DNA of 64,000 bases, taken from assembly GCA_039621445.1 (NCBI GenBank), contig CP154954.1, positions 49,455,847 to 49,519,846 of the forward strand. Direction: 5' to 3'. A program made the position numbers and the translations under genes. This document shows, one piece after another, positions 24,900-45,839 of the stretch. The notes beneath the pieces were generated by a model. That model was not told the DNA's origin and made no database searches. It saw nothing but the letters and a program-made list of their open reading frames with translations. Within the stretch, counting starts at the first letter, position 1. Each line of letters opens with the position of its first letter. Source of the DNA: Euglena gracilis (lineage: Eukaryota).

Positions 24900-27730
24900 G
24901 GGGGCGGCAGCGCTCGGTGACCAGGGCTGGATGTCTGTCGTAGTGAGCTCTGGAACGCACGTCGCATCGCCAGCCGCATCGTTGGGTACTGCAGGGACAG
25001 ATGACCGCACAGACAGCTCTGACCTGTGCACAAAGAATGGGTGGCAAACAGGATTCTTTTTAAGACCCAGCTCCAGTGGGTGTACCTAAAAAAAAAAAAA
25101 AAGAAACCGTCATTCAACCCAATCAGTCAATTAATTTGCCGGGGTGCGCCAATCCAGAAAGGACCCTGAAAACCATCTCCCCAAATGCCAGAGTGTTCCT
25201 CCCTGGCAAAAAAAAAAGCCGCCTGTGTACTTCTTCGGTGGCGGGCAGCCCTCCTCCTCCTCCTCCTCCTCTTCTTCCCCATCATTGTCCTCGCCCCGTC
25301 GTCTCTTCCGCCCTCGCAGGTCCTCCGCCGCAGGGGTTTTCTTAAAGACCCCCCGGGGGGGTTCCGCAGGGGGGGGTGGGGTTCGGGGGTGGGGTTCCGG
25401 GGGGGGGGGGGGGGGCTTCTTTGGAGTTTGCAGGGAGGAGCCTTTTTTCCAAAAAAAAAAATCTTGGCACTGGACCAAATATTTGAGTCCAGCCCAGCTT
25501 CCCTGGCTGGCCCAACCCACCCTTCAGCGGACCACGGGCGGCGGGGGGCGAAGGTGATAGAGGCAAAAAGGGGTAAACCCCAAAGTTATCCCCCTCCAGT
25601 GTGAAAGGTCATGGGTGCCTCTGAAACATTACGCTCACAGGTTCCGGTGTCAGGTTACAGGTGTCTGTGATTTTTTTGCCAGTCGCCTTGTTTCACACCT
25701 TTTCTGCTACGGAACTGTGCAGACCGGCAGACAGACGGACGGACGGACGGACGGCCAGCTGGAAGAAATTCCTTTGATGTAGATAGACGGCGGACGAAAT
25801 TCCTTTGGTCTGGACGGATGGAGAGCTAGGTTAGTCTTAAACTTGCAAAAAAGTTCGCAGCTAAGGAAAATCCTAATTGGTTCCTTTCCCTTTTTTCTCT
25901 TCTGTCACATTTGCTAATGTGCGGTCACCTGTGCACACTGGTGGAATCAAAATCACACTCTGTTGCATCTCCAGATTGACTCAGCAACAGAAGGTTGTTC
26001 ACAAGCCCTGCTGGTGCAGGTGATTTGGTTTGAATCGTTTGGGCTCACTGAGAGCACTGGGAGCTGTCCAGACTGGCAACACAAGCCTGTGAGCTTGTGT
26101 CCAGTGGCCAGCCATTGTTAACTGCCACTTTCTTCCTGTGTTGTTTTCCTCCTCCTTTTGTTTCCACTTGTCTCTGGTGACTATCTCTGCTTGCAAGATT
26201 GGCAACTGTGACACAGCCACCCCCCAGTCTCACACATCTGTTGTCTTCTGGGTTTTTGGGGGTTGAGGGGTTTTTTGAGCGTCATCTTGTTTTTTTTGTG
26301 CTGTCCTCAGGATTAACCCCCCCCCCCAATAACCTGGCGGGGTGCCAGGTTACTGGAACCAACTTTTGGTCCTGCCCCCCGCCAGGTTATTTGGACCCTT
26401 TTTTCAACGTCGTAAAGGAATTTTGCCTAAAAAAGGGGGTGCCAAGTTACTGGAACCATCTTTTTTGCCCCTCCCCCCGCCAAGTTATTCGGCCACTGCC
26501 AGGAACAAGGGCCCCGCCAGGCTATTTGGGAGGGGGGGTTTATTTGACTGCCATCTGGGGGTTGAGTTGGTGGGCTTTGCATGGGACAGCTCTGCTTTGG
26601 ACGGTTTCTGTGACTGGTGAAATTTGTTTTCAATTTGTGGGGTTTGGGGGCCATGTTCACCTGTGGTGTCTTTCTATTTGAGGTTTGACGTGTTTTTATC
26701 TCGGGTTTTGGCTGCTGTTTCTGGGATTTGTGGGTTTTTCATCATCAGAGTTTTTCATTTTGGCGGTTTGTCAACGAGATTGAGTTTTTTTTTTGCTGTG
26801 TACTGGGCGTTGGGATATGTGTGTTGGGTTTTTGCCACGTTGGGCTGCCCATCTTTGGTTCTTTGTTCTTTGGGCACTGGGTTTTTGTGCTGTGGGCAGG
26901 GTCTGGTGTGGGGCTGTTTTGTTTGTTTTGTTTAAGACCAGGGAACCCACTTTTCAAGGTCAAAAATCTTCTGGCACTTCACGCCGAAATAGGCCCAAAA
27001 TTAAGCCAAACCCAGTGGGAGACAGCGAGGTTCACCACCAAAAAAAATCCCCGGTCTGCTGCAATTATTGGCTTGGTTTTTTGCAGCCTTGGACGTTAAA
27101 GGAAGGAACACTTTTCTGCACTTCGCAACCGGACGTCAATAGTCACTGGTCTCTGTCTGCAGCCCGGATGGGATTGGGAAAAAAAAGTCCAGCCAGCTCT
27201 GGCTGGCTGGACCTCCCCAGCAGGGGGCAGGGTCACCGCCGTCTGAAGAAAACCCCTGCTCTGCCATGTCCTGGCTCTGTGGGGCTGCGGACCGCGGCCC
27301 CGAGACAACCCCCGGCGACTGCTTCCCATCGCCGGCCGCACTGTTGGGTACTGTGGGGACGGATGGCCGCACAGACAGCTCTGACCTGTGCACAGGAAAT
27401 GGGTGGCAGACAGGCTTCTTTTTCAGGTCCAGCCCCGGTGAAGATGCCTCCCATTCAGGGGGGGAAAACGCACAAGCCTGTCAGTCAACCCAATCAGTGC
27501 CTTCAGTTGCCGGGGTGAGCCAATTCAGAAAGGACCCAAAAAACCCTCCCCCCAAATGCCAGAATGCTCTTCCCTGGCAAAAAAAAGCCGTCCGTGTACT
27601 TCTTCAGTGGCCGGCAGCCCTCCTCCTCCTCCGCCTCCTCCGCCCCATCGTTGTCCTCGCCCCGTCGCCTCTTCCGCCCTCTCAGGTCCTCGGCCGGGTC
27701 CTGGCTCTGTGGGGCAGCGGACCGCGGCCC
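24900..27730. repeat. Diverged tandem duplication of a ~430-bp unit (24900-25330 plus 27259-27300; 27300-27730), first copy split by an insertion
   Basis: Shared blocks such as GTTGGGTACTG..GCACAGACAGCTCTGACCTGTGCAC and CCCTGGCAAAAAAA..GCC..GTGTACTTCTTC. Confidence 0.85.
25331..27258. mobile_element. 1.9-kb hAT-like non-autonomous element, TIR CAGGGGTTTTCTT / AAGAAAACCCCTG, degenerate 8-bp TSD (CTCCGCCG/CTCTGCCA); a TA-type MITE is nested at ~26316-26540
   Basis: 13-bp perfect TIR; the interrupted sequence is contiguous in the sister duplicate near 27685-27710. Confidence 0.8.
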
Positions 27731-27769
27731 TGCGACGCCCCCCAGCCACGGCCATTGACCCACCGAGGG

Positions 27770-29900
27770 AAGTCAACGTCCCACCGGGTGTTGAGGGGAC
27801 CCACACAGGGGGGCGGCCTGGTGGGAGCACCCCCCCCCCCCAGCAACCCAACCCCAAAGGCCTTGATTTGCAGCAGGCAATTTTGCCCAACACTTGGCGG
27901 CAATGTGCCCCATCTTACCACAACGTTCGCACGGTGCTCTGATTACACCTTCGTTGATTTTGTTGTGGGGGTGGGGGTAGGGAGTGGTGCTTCTTCCACA
28001 TTTTGAATGGAAACGGGGTGATTCAACAATTTTGATGTGTCCCCCCCTCCTTTTTTGGTTGAGAATATTGAGAAAAATTCTCATTTTCCGATTCTGTGGA
28101 AACTTCTTCCCTCATCCATTGGGGGTTTGATTCCGTTCTGGGGGGGGGGGGGGCACTATGCCATTTAAATTCAACGGCTTGCTCCTTTTGCATGAGCCAT
28201 TTGTGCATCATTCCCATGATTTCTGTGGGGGGAAATTGAAATTCTTTGGAGGAAACTTGCAATTTTTGTCCGTTTGACACATTTCGTCCATTGAGTGAAA
28301 GAAGCAAGTTTTTGTCCCTTACCAACCCAACCTTCACCTCAAAATGTGTCCCAAAAAACATCACGGAGACAAAATGTAACGTGGATCCCTCCAATGCACT
28401 CACCAAAACCCCTTGCACTTGGTGGGGATCCACCAAGAGCAAATTTCTTACCTCCACCACGTTCAAATCACCTCCCCTTTCTTGTTCCCTGACAATTCTC
28501 TCGTTGTAAAATTTGGGAATTTCCCGTCTTAAAACCCGATATGCGTCGGCGTCGGTCACATCGTTTGCAAAATTTCGCAACATGAGAAAAAACGTTTCCA
28601 ATCCTCCTCAGTCGGGTCGTTTTTGTACTTGAGACGAATTTCTTCAAATTTTTGCCTTCAATTTCCTGCCCCACTGGAATTTTCTTTTTCCAACAAATCC
28701 CAGGCCTGTTGAACATTTGTGATCATTCCTGTCCCCCTTAGGAGCCTCAAACGGTCTCCATCGGTTTCATTTACGGAGGAAATCAAAAGTGACAAGAGTT
28801 CTTGGTTGTCGGTTGGACCTCTAGGAAGCCTTTGCACATATTCTTCCCAACGAAATTGAAAATCAGGCCAATCTTCGGCGTGACCAGAAAAGAACTTCAG
28901 TCCCCCCCCCCTAGGGATGCCAGGGAACTGCGAACCTAGCAGCACACTACCCACCCGCCACCCACCCTGAGGCCAAGACTTGGTAAACCAGGTTTAATGA
29001 AGCCGCAGGACCCTGAGGACAGTGGAACTTTCAAGTCCCCGCACAGAAAAGTGGGAAGAGGGCAGGAGGCAAGTGCAGCACTGGGGTGCAAAGGCGTAGA
29101 CCCACCCACGGGGACCACACCGACCACACAAGGTGGGTGTACATCCCTATAGCGCTGGAATTTACACCAGAGTTGCTCACCCGGCCAGGCGGAGCAACAA
29201 AAGGAGCACTGGTGTCAGGGGTCCCCGGCCACTCACCACACAGCACATTGGGCCAGAACCGGAGGTCGCGCGCCATAAACAAGCCAGAAGCCTCAGTGCA
29301 ACCAAGGGGTGGTCCAGCACAGCCCTACTGGCCTTCCATGGACACACTGTGACTGGCACTCCCGGCCCCGGCCAGCGTGCGACACCACAGAACCTTTGCA
29401 GGGCCGCGGGCAAGCGGTTCTGCCGGCGACTCGGCATCGGGTGCTGGGGGCAAGGCCAACGAGACAGGGGGGTCACCTCTGGAGGCGGTGTGGAGGCCCT
29501 GTGGACTGGCCAAAGAGGGGGGGGAACGTTCACACCGCTGGAGACAATTTGGGGGTGGCACGAGGCTGTAGGGAAGGTCTGGTGGGGGTAGGACCCCCCC
29601 CACCCACCAGAATGGGTGTGGGGGGGGGGGTCGACCCCCCCACCTACACACATGGGGTTTCGAGGATTCCCCTTCAGCCCTGGACCAACATGGGGGCACA
29701 ATTCGGCGAGGGTATGAGATTTGGAGTGCCGTTTGGAAGAAAGCGGACCCAACGTTTGTCCTTGTGCAGAGCCGACGGCGGAGTCGAAAGGTCATGCCCA
29801 GTGTTTGTGGGCTCTTTGGTTTCGACATCTTGCATCAACGAAGCAGAGGGGATTTCACTGTGAGAATGCAACAATGCAACGTGAACTTCACCTTGTGGGT
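27770..29900 (-). mobile_element. Degenerate gag-like retroelement sequence (capsid-like FSGHAEDWPDFQFRWEEY; nucleocapsid knuckle CERCGKMGHIAAKC), frameshifted, no pol seen
   Basis: Intronless AT-richer ORF fragments 28658-28954, 28023-28601 and 27773-28084; the F-x-G...W..F...W pattern and CX2CX4HX4C are typical of Gag. Confidence 0.7.
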
Positions 29901-31215
29901 CGAAGCACATGAGCCAATGCCTGTGGATTTCGTCCAAATATTTACTCCTTCTTGCTACCGCAGTGTGTATGTTTGCAACGTGCTCGCGCGTGTGTGCGTG
30001 TTTGCGCGTGTTTCTTTCGAAAAAAAATTTGGTCTTCTTTCATACATCCGCGAGTTCAGGCGTTCTGGACGGTAAAAGCAAAGTTTTTCTTTGATTTTTG
30101 GATGTCAACAAAATATTTTGGGGTCGAAACAATACAAAAAAATGAGGACGCGTTTTTTAAAAACAAATTGCGCGCACGCACACAAACAGAAATCCAGTAT
30201 GAGTGAATACAGCAACAGACACATCCTCATCCATTGGTGTGAGGCGGGAGGAAGGTGACTTTTCTTGACATCCCCAAAGCATCCCATTCCTGGCGCTGGT
30301 ATCCTTGTATCAGGCATCTCTGCTTCGGTGGGCCAATGTTAATGCAAAGGAGAGCCCATGTCCACCATTTCCCTTCATTTCACCCATTCTGCTAAGGTCA
30401 CATTTAAAAAATAAAGCACCACCATTCGGCCGCCGTTTCCCGTTGGAGGTCGTCAAGGGGTTACACGTACCCCGGTTCTGACAACAGAGGCCCTCCGAAG
30501 AGTTCACAAACTGAGAGCCTATGCTACCAACAGAATGTTGGTGATAAAAAAAAAGAACGTCATTAAAACACGTCTGTGCTCACCGACAAGCACTTGCAGG
30601 GATGCAGCTCTCCACGACTGCAAGAGGACATGCCGAGATGGGGAAGGGGCAGAAGTTGGATCGATATGGAGGCCGGAGAGATCCAGGAGAAGATTAGCGG
30701 CCAGGGTTCAGCAAGGGTTTTGTTGAAGACCCCGGGGGGCATCCAGCCAGCCAACAGGAAAAGTGGGTGGGGTCCAAGGAGAGGGAGAGACGCTGAGCTC
30801 ATATCGTTTCCAGCTCGTGCCCGAAAACAGGCAGAAAAGAGCCAAAACCAACTGCTTAGGACGTTTCAGCAAAAATTTTGAGGTGAAAAACCCCCCTGAC
30901 AAATCCTCGAAAAAGCCAGTTTGTTTTTTTCTAAATTTCCCAAATTGTTTTGCTTTCGGTCGAGCCCGGTTTCGCGGGGCTGGCCCCAACTTTATTTCAA
31001 CGAACCCTGCCCCGGGGAGGTTCGCATCGGGCTGGGGCTGCTGGCTGGCTGGACCCCCTCCCCCGGGGGTCCCCTCCAGCTCCAGAACCCCCTGGTGGTG
31101 AGCGTTGAGAGTACTTGGCCAAATGCCAGAAAAACTGCCACAGATGGCTGTCAGGACCACCAATGGCTGGAGTTTCACTGGGTGCAACGTGTTATTCCAC
31201 ACAGACACACACACA

Positions 31216-31345
<130 letters not shown>

Positions 31346-32140
31346 AGACGTACAAAAGATGGCATACACACCCACACACAACACAACATTCACACACATT
31401 TCCACTCAGAAAAACACAATAAAATGAATAAAAATAAAACACACACTCAGAGAAAACAAATGGAACTCAATACATTCAACGTATTACATACCAAGAGGTT
31501 GCGCTCAGTGCAGACATACTCCTGCCAGCCGTTGCGTAAGGTTATGGCGAAAAATGTCATAACTGTCGGGAGCTCGGTCAAACATCTTTTTGCAACCCGC
31601 GACGTCTTCTGCGCTTGGGTGTCCGCAAAGCAAGGAACTCCCCCCCTCCCCCTCAGCAGGGACGGCCTGGGTCGACCAGGGCGTTATTCAAGGCCCGGGG
31701 GGGGGGTCCTGTTCAAAGGCTGGAAAATTTGGCGTGGCTGGAAAAAGGCTGCTGGCTGCCCTCCCCCCAAGGGGGATCCAGGGCTGGAACCAGGTCCGAC
31801 CCGGGTCGAACCGGGTGCAAAAAATCTACACTGCAAGAATGTGCAAAAAAGTGCAATAGTCGACCCCTGATGCCTTTTCCTGAAAGTGGCCATTTTAAAA
31901 AGAGATTTGCCTGGGCCGCAATCAGGGCGTCGCATTTGAAGATCTGACCCCGTCTCCCAGGTGGGGGGGGGCAGCCAGTCCCTGGGCTGGTGACGACCCA
32001 CCTGGCTGAGCCTGGGGGTGCGATGTTCCGGAAAAAGAAGCCTGAGCTCGATTCGGCAGGGTGGCACTCGGATTGCAACGTGGGGCCACGCGGCAAACAG
32101 AATGGTGGTAACAGTCCTCGCGGGCATTGCTGGAAATGGG

Positions 32141-32846
32141 CAGGGGGGGGGAAATTATGCGGTCTGGCAGGCGGGGAAAAAATGCAGAAATTATGCGGAA
32201 AAATGCGGGAAAATGCGGAAATTATGCGGAAATTATGCGGGAAAAAAATGCGGAAAATATGCGGAAAAATGCGGAAAATGCGGAAAATATGCCGAAATTC
32301 TGTGGAGTCCCAGGTCACATGGAGAGGATAGATATATTTCTACCTCACAATATGCAGGGTCCCGATGCTATTTGATTCCCATCGCCGATGCCCAAGCTTG
32401 CCAGAAGTCACCAAAATGCAATGGAAAAACAAAGCACAAATTATGCATAAAACAGAGAGATGAAAAGACGAGCACTTGTGCTCCAACATATTGGGGAAAC
32501 AATGAACCTTGTAGTTGACCTGAAATGTAAAAAATTCACAAAAAATGCGGAAATTATGCGGAAAAATGTGGAAATTATGCGAAAAAATGCAGTAATTATG
32601 CGGAAAAATGCGGAAAATGCGGGATAATGCGGAAATTATGCGGAAAAATGCGGAAAAATGCGGAAAATGCGGAAAAAATGCGGTCAAATGCGAAAATGCG
32701 GAAAAATGCGGAAAATTTACAAAAAAAATGCGGAAAATATGCGGAAAAATGCGGAAAAATGCGGAATAATGCGGAATAATGCGGAAATGCGGAAAAATGC
32801 GGAAAAATGCGGAATAATGCGGACCGCATAATTTCCCCCCCCCCTG
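32141..32846. mobile_element. MITE, CAG-polyG TIR family with 7-bp TSD (AAATGGG) and internal GCGGAAAAAT tandem repeats
   Basis: CAGGGGGGGGGAAATTATGCGGTC / GACCGCATAATTTCCCCCCCCCCTG; AAATGGG at 32134-32140 and 32847-32853. Confidence 0.85.
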
Positions 32847-33299
32847 AAATGGGGTGCTTGCTCTGCTTGGACGGAAACACGGCGTGGTGGGGGGTGACGC
32901 CGTTTCCAGCAATGGTTGGCTGGGGGAATATAAAACACATAAATCACCTTTTCTCTTCTGGTGGACCTCCACATCGGTTGGTCATCAAACACATCCCTGG
33001 ACAGAGACAGTGCCCATGCACGTGATGCCCAAGCAATAAAAAATGCTTTGAAATGCTGAAAACAGTTAATTGAAAAGATGCTCAAAATGTCTTCCAAGCA
33101 TGCGGAATGCCTTGGCCATTTATTGTTTTGATGTTTACTACCGGGACACTGTGTTTCGGCCTGCCCTCCGACGAAGTTGGTTTGTGGACCTCCACCGCTG
33201 GTCGCCATTTTACAATACAATACGCCGTGCACTGCACTGCACTTGTGGACGTTTGAAGGACGGTTATATAGAGCGGCGGGCAGGGGGGGGAGGGGCCGG

Positions 33300-35570
33300 T
33301 TGAGGTCAGGAGGGACGGAAGACCAGGTACACCGTGTTGAGGGGGTCCTCCTCCGGGTAATGGTGCACGCCACTGCCTGATGCATCGCTTGCTTTGAAGG
33401 AAGAAGAAGGCCTGAAGGAACCGGCCAGGTTGGGCCGATGTTGGGAGGGGGCCGTGTGGGCTCGAACGCCGAGGGGAGTACTGCGGTGCCTGGCCAAACG
33501 GTGTCCGAGAAAATGGCGGTCCAACAAGGGGGTACAGCGAGCTGGGGACCAATGAGAGGGGGCAGATGGGCACCGCCTTGTCCAAGGCACATCAATGTTC
33601 TAAGAATATGCTGATCACAGGAGGGGGGCGGTCTAAACAAAACGATTTTCTCTGCGTCTTCGTGTCTTGGATGTAAGTAGGTAAGTCAGTCGGCAGGAAG
33701 GTGGGTGGGCAGGTAAACCCCCCCCCATTTAAACCGACCCCCCTTCTAAACCGACCTACCCTTCCAAACCGACCCATTGCAGAATTTAAACCAAAAAAAG
33801 AAATAAACCGACCCATGGCAAATTGGATGACAAACATGCACAACATAATGGAAGCCGCCAACGGAAAGAGCATCCATGCTCATTGAATAGTTAGTATTGA
33901 TGACCCAAAACTGGGATTTACACCCAAAATTAGGCATTTGCTTCCAAATATTGGAGTTTACACCTCAAATTGGGCATTTTCTTCCGAAAATTTGGTGTTG
34001 GAACCCAAAGATTACAAAATTAGGCATTTGCCATCAAAAATTTGAAGATTGCAATGCACCCAAAATTAGGCAGTTTGCCACCAAAAAAATTGGATATTAC
34101 ACCCAAAATTCAGCATTTGCCCCCGAAAATTGAGCATTTGCATCCCAAATTAGGCATGTGTCACTCAATGTTAGGAATTGGCCGACAAATTCGGCATTTG
34201 CCAATTGAAATTGCCTTGCTGATATCAACCCGCTTCCGTCACACCGTCGGCCAGCCGTGTGCTCCCTCTGAAACCGACCCCCCGTCTAAACCGACCCCCT
34301 CCAGGATTTCCGCCAACCCAAAAGTCCTAAACCGACGGGTCGGTTTAAATGGGGGGGGGGGTTTAGGTAGGTAGGCCGGTAGGCCAGTAGATTGGTCGAT
34401 TACAATATCCGAACCGACGGACCAAAACCGAAAGGCGCATCGTTTTCTGTCCGGGCCAATCGTCCAATCCCTCTCCCCAGGCCACGGCGTGGGCAGTACC
34501 CACAGAGCCGGAAAGAGGACCGCTCTTCCACAAAGAGCCGCCATGCGCGGTAGTCCAAGCAAGGGGATGGCCAGGGCACCAACTGCAGCCAACTGACACC
34601 AGTTAGACTATCCCATCAACAAAATCATTTGCAATGGGTCAGAAAGAACGCATGACCGGAAGCCGATACGTCAACCCCATCACAAAAGCAGGGTTGCCCA
34701 TCAGATACCGACAGAGATGGCAGAAAAGGGATGGCTTTCCAAAGGGGTGGCGGCCATTCAATGTGCCCACCCATCATCTGTGCAGAGCCTGCCCATAGCA
34801 GGCATCCAGCTTTGCCTGCCCACAGCACCCACCCGGTCCTCAAAAGCAGCCTGTGGGAGGGGGGCTGGAGACCTCGTGTGGCAGCGACCCAAAGGGATCC
34901 CGGTGGTCATCCACCAGACCACCCCCCACGCCGGCCACCGCCTCGGCGCGGTACTCCCCGTCCCGGCCGAGGCGGCCCTGCAGCCACCGCGCGGCGTCGA
35001 GCGCAGGGGGCGTGCCCCTCCGGGCAGCCGCCTGCCGCTCGGGGGTGAGGCGGTGGAACTCCGGGCAGTCGAGGGCCCACTCCTGGACGATCGCCGGGGG
35101 GAGTCGGCCCCAAAAGAGGTGCTGGAGATGGTGGGGGGGGGGATCTCCCAGGCTGGGTCTGAGGGCCTTTGGCAGGGGAAAACAAGGAACGCCGCTATCC
35201 CTGAAGCCTGAAAAAAACCAACACACTGAAACCAATGTCACGCAAAACACACACACTCACTCACTCACTCACTCACCGGGGACAGGTGGGCGGAAAACAT
35301 TGGGGTACACACACAGCTGGGGGGCCATTGTTCCCGGCGGCGGAGGGTGACTCCCCAGCAGGGCGCCGTGGGGCGCCAGGGCCTGCTCCGCCGCCCGCAG
35401 CAGCTTCGCGGCGGCGTCCTCCCCGACGGCGTGCAGCACCAGCTGCAGCGCCACCACGTCCGGCGCGGCCGGCAGCGCGCTGACCAGCGCCTTCGGCTGC
35501 CGCAGCACCGCCGCGCTGCGAGGGGGACGGGCGGGGGACGGGCGGGCTGTCCCGGCGGCCCAGTCCACCG
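33300..35570 (-). CDS. Multi-exon gene of unknown function with a class I SAM-methyltransferase-like exon (~35345-35520); further exons at ~34870-35125, ~34500-34583 and ~33306-33377
   Basis: GC3-rich minus-strand peptides: APDVVALQLVLHAVGEDAAAKLLRAAEQALAPHGALLG (beta4-alphaD-beta5-like), HLFWGRLPPAIVQEWALDCPEFHRL..., GVHHYPEEDPLNTVYLVFRPS*. Confidence 0.55.
33716..34363. mobile_element. TA-TSD MITE (AACCCCCCCCCATTTAAACCGACC / GGTCGGTTTAAATGGGGGGGGGGGTT)
   Basis: About 24-bp TIR, TA on both flanks, subterminal AAACCGACC repeats. Confidence 0.82.
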
Positions 35571-35903
35571 CCCTCGCCCCAACACTTTGGGGGGCAGGAG
35601 GTGTGTGGAGGGGCAGGGATGGGTCGGTTGCTGTTCTGGGGTGAGCTTCAGTGGGGTCGCGTGCAGTTCAACGTTGTTGATGACCTTTTCTCAGCCCGTC
35701 TGACAAAACCACCTGCAACAAGAAGAAACTCCCGCTGAATACACGTTGTGCAGAGGAGCCGCACCTCTTCAAGGACTTCAAAACGACGTGATCGTGCGTC
35801 GACGTGCGTACTCGCCCATCAGTGAACGAAAGCAACTTCCCTTCCCACTATTCCCCACCCGCAACCTGCCAGCCTGGTCAGTGACCCATGGCCTGGCCCA
35901 CAG

Positions 35904-44283
<8,380 letters not shown>

Positions 44284-45839
44284 CCCCCTCCCGCGGTCCA
44301 CCGGCGCGGATTGGCCTGCTTTCCAGCTGCAACCTGTGCTCCCGCCGGTCTCCTCCCTTCTCTGGCAAAAGAATAGTTCCATTCTTGCCGCGACGACTGA
44401 CCCCATCTCACACGCCTTCTTTGTCTCCCTAATCCCGGGCGCCTGACGACGAGAACTGCTGTTTTGCCCTGCCTCCCGTCGATCACAGTGCCAGTGGTTG
44501 TTGTTTAAACCCCTCAGCGCTTCGTTTCGGTTCGCCATGTATCTGCTTTGCCAGACCTGCTCTGCCTCTCTCACTCGTCGCACCCTCACTGAGCAGTTAT
44601 TCTGCGCTGGGAGACAGTTTTTGGAAGAATTCCTGTTTCAATGAACCCTTAATTTTCACCCTGGAAACATTTTATGATTTCTATTCTACGAAAATGCCGT
44701 GCAGTGAAACCCCTCCCCTGAACCATTCACCGAATTCTTTGTGGGAGAAGCTTTTTGTATGCGCATTTCTGTGTCTGTGTGTGGATCATTCTCAAAATCA
44801 CTCCCGAACCCACACTGCCAGTCAAAGTCAGACCAGGGTCAAGGGAGGGGGAACGCCCAAATGTGCTGTGTGCTACAGTGATGTGGCAGCCACCGCTCCT
44901 GTGTGGAATTGGTGCGACGGAGGGGGAGGTGAGAGATTTGCACCTAGTGGGCACAAAGGTCGCCAACCGCTGGTGCGTGAATGGTCTTTTCGCCGGTAGG
45001 TGGCCGAGGCTTTTCCCGGGCATTGCCATCTCTTCCCATTTGTCATTTGGTTAGTCAGGTGGTCATTTGCTGAGTGGAACCCTTCCCGGCTGGTACCAAC
45101 CAACTCAACCCTAACCCAAGCTCCTGACTGCCTGGCGAGTGCGCACAGTTCCATCGTACGAGTGGAGGAGAGCGCAGGGGCATGCCTTCACCACGACACA
45201 TTAATTGCACCCCATGTTTTTGGCAGGAGTTCAGCGGGGGGAAAGAAACAAATTGCATAATTTGCATTTTTGAATCGAAAATCAAATATTTTGAACATTT
45301 GCATAATTTACATTTTTTGTATGATGATTTTGAAAAAAGCACATTCTTGCTTTTCTTTTGCATATTTTGACTTTCCGATTTTTTTGGGGCATTTGTACAG
45401 GCAAATTTCTCCACTTTCAGACAACTGGAAGTTGCATGCCTCACGTTTTTGGACCAATTTCATTATACCAGTAGTTGCATTATAAAATATAAGTGGAATC
45501 CACTTGGTGAACCAACCATGTCACTTTGCAAGTTTGCACCACATTTTCTTTTAGTGTTGTATTTTGGTGCAGGTGAAATTTTTCTAAGTCCTCTCCAGCA
45601 GAAAAGTGTACGGCTCAGTGTGGAGCTGTACACTAAAAAAAAAAATGCAAGTTGCATGCAAATTCCTTTACTTAGTTAGTTTAGGAGCTCAGCTTTGGAG
45701 AGCTCCTAAAGGAATTTACCTGCTGCATTTTTTTTGCATTTTTGCACTTTTTTGCACTTTTTTGCACTTTTTTGCATTTTGAGGAGCCTTGTTGGATCCC
45801 CCCCCCCTGAACGTTGTAATTTTGGGCAACTCCCCGGGG

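Noticed and set aside
34717-35703. Plus-strand ORFs as upstream IP3R exons
   Set aside because: Their composition is typical of the antisense of GC3-rich exons; the minus-strand frames give the plausible peptides.
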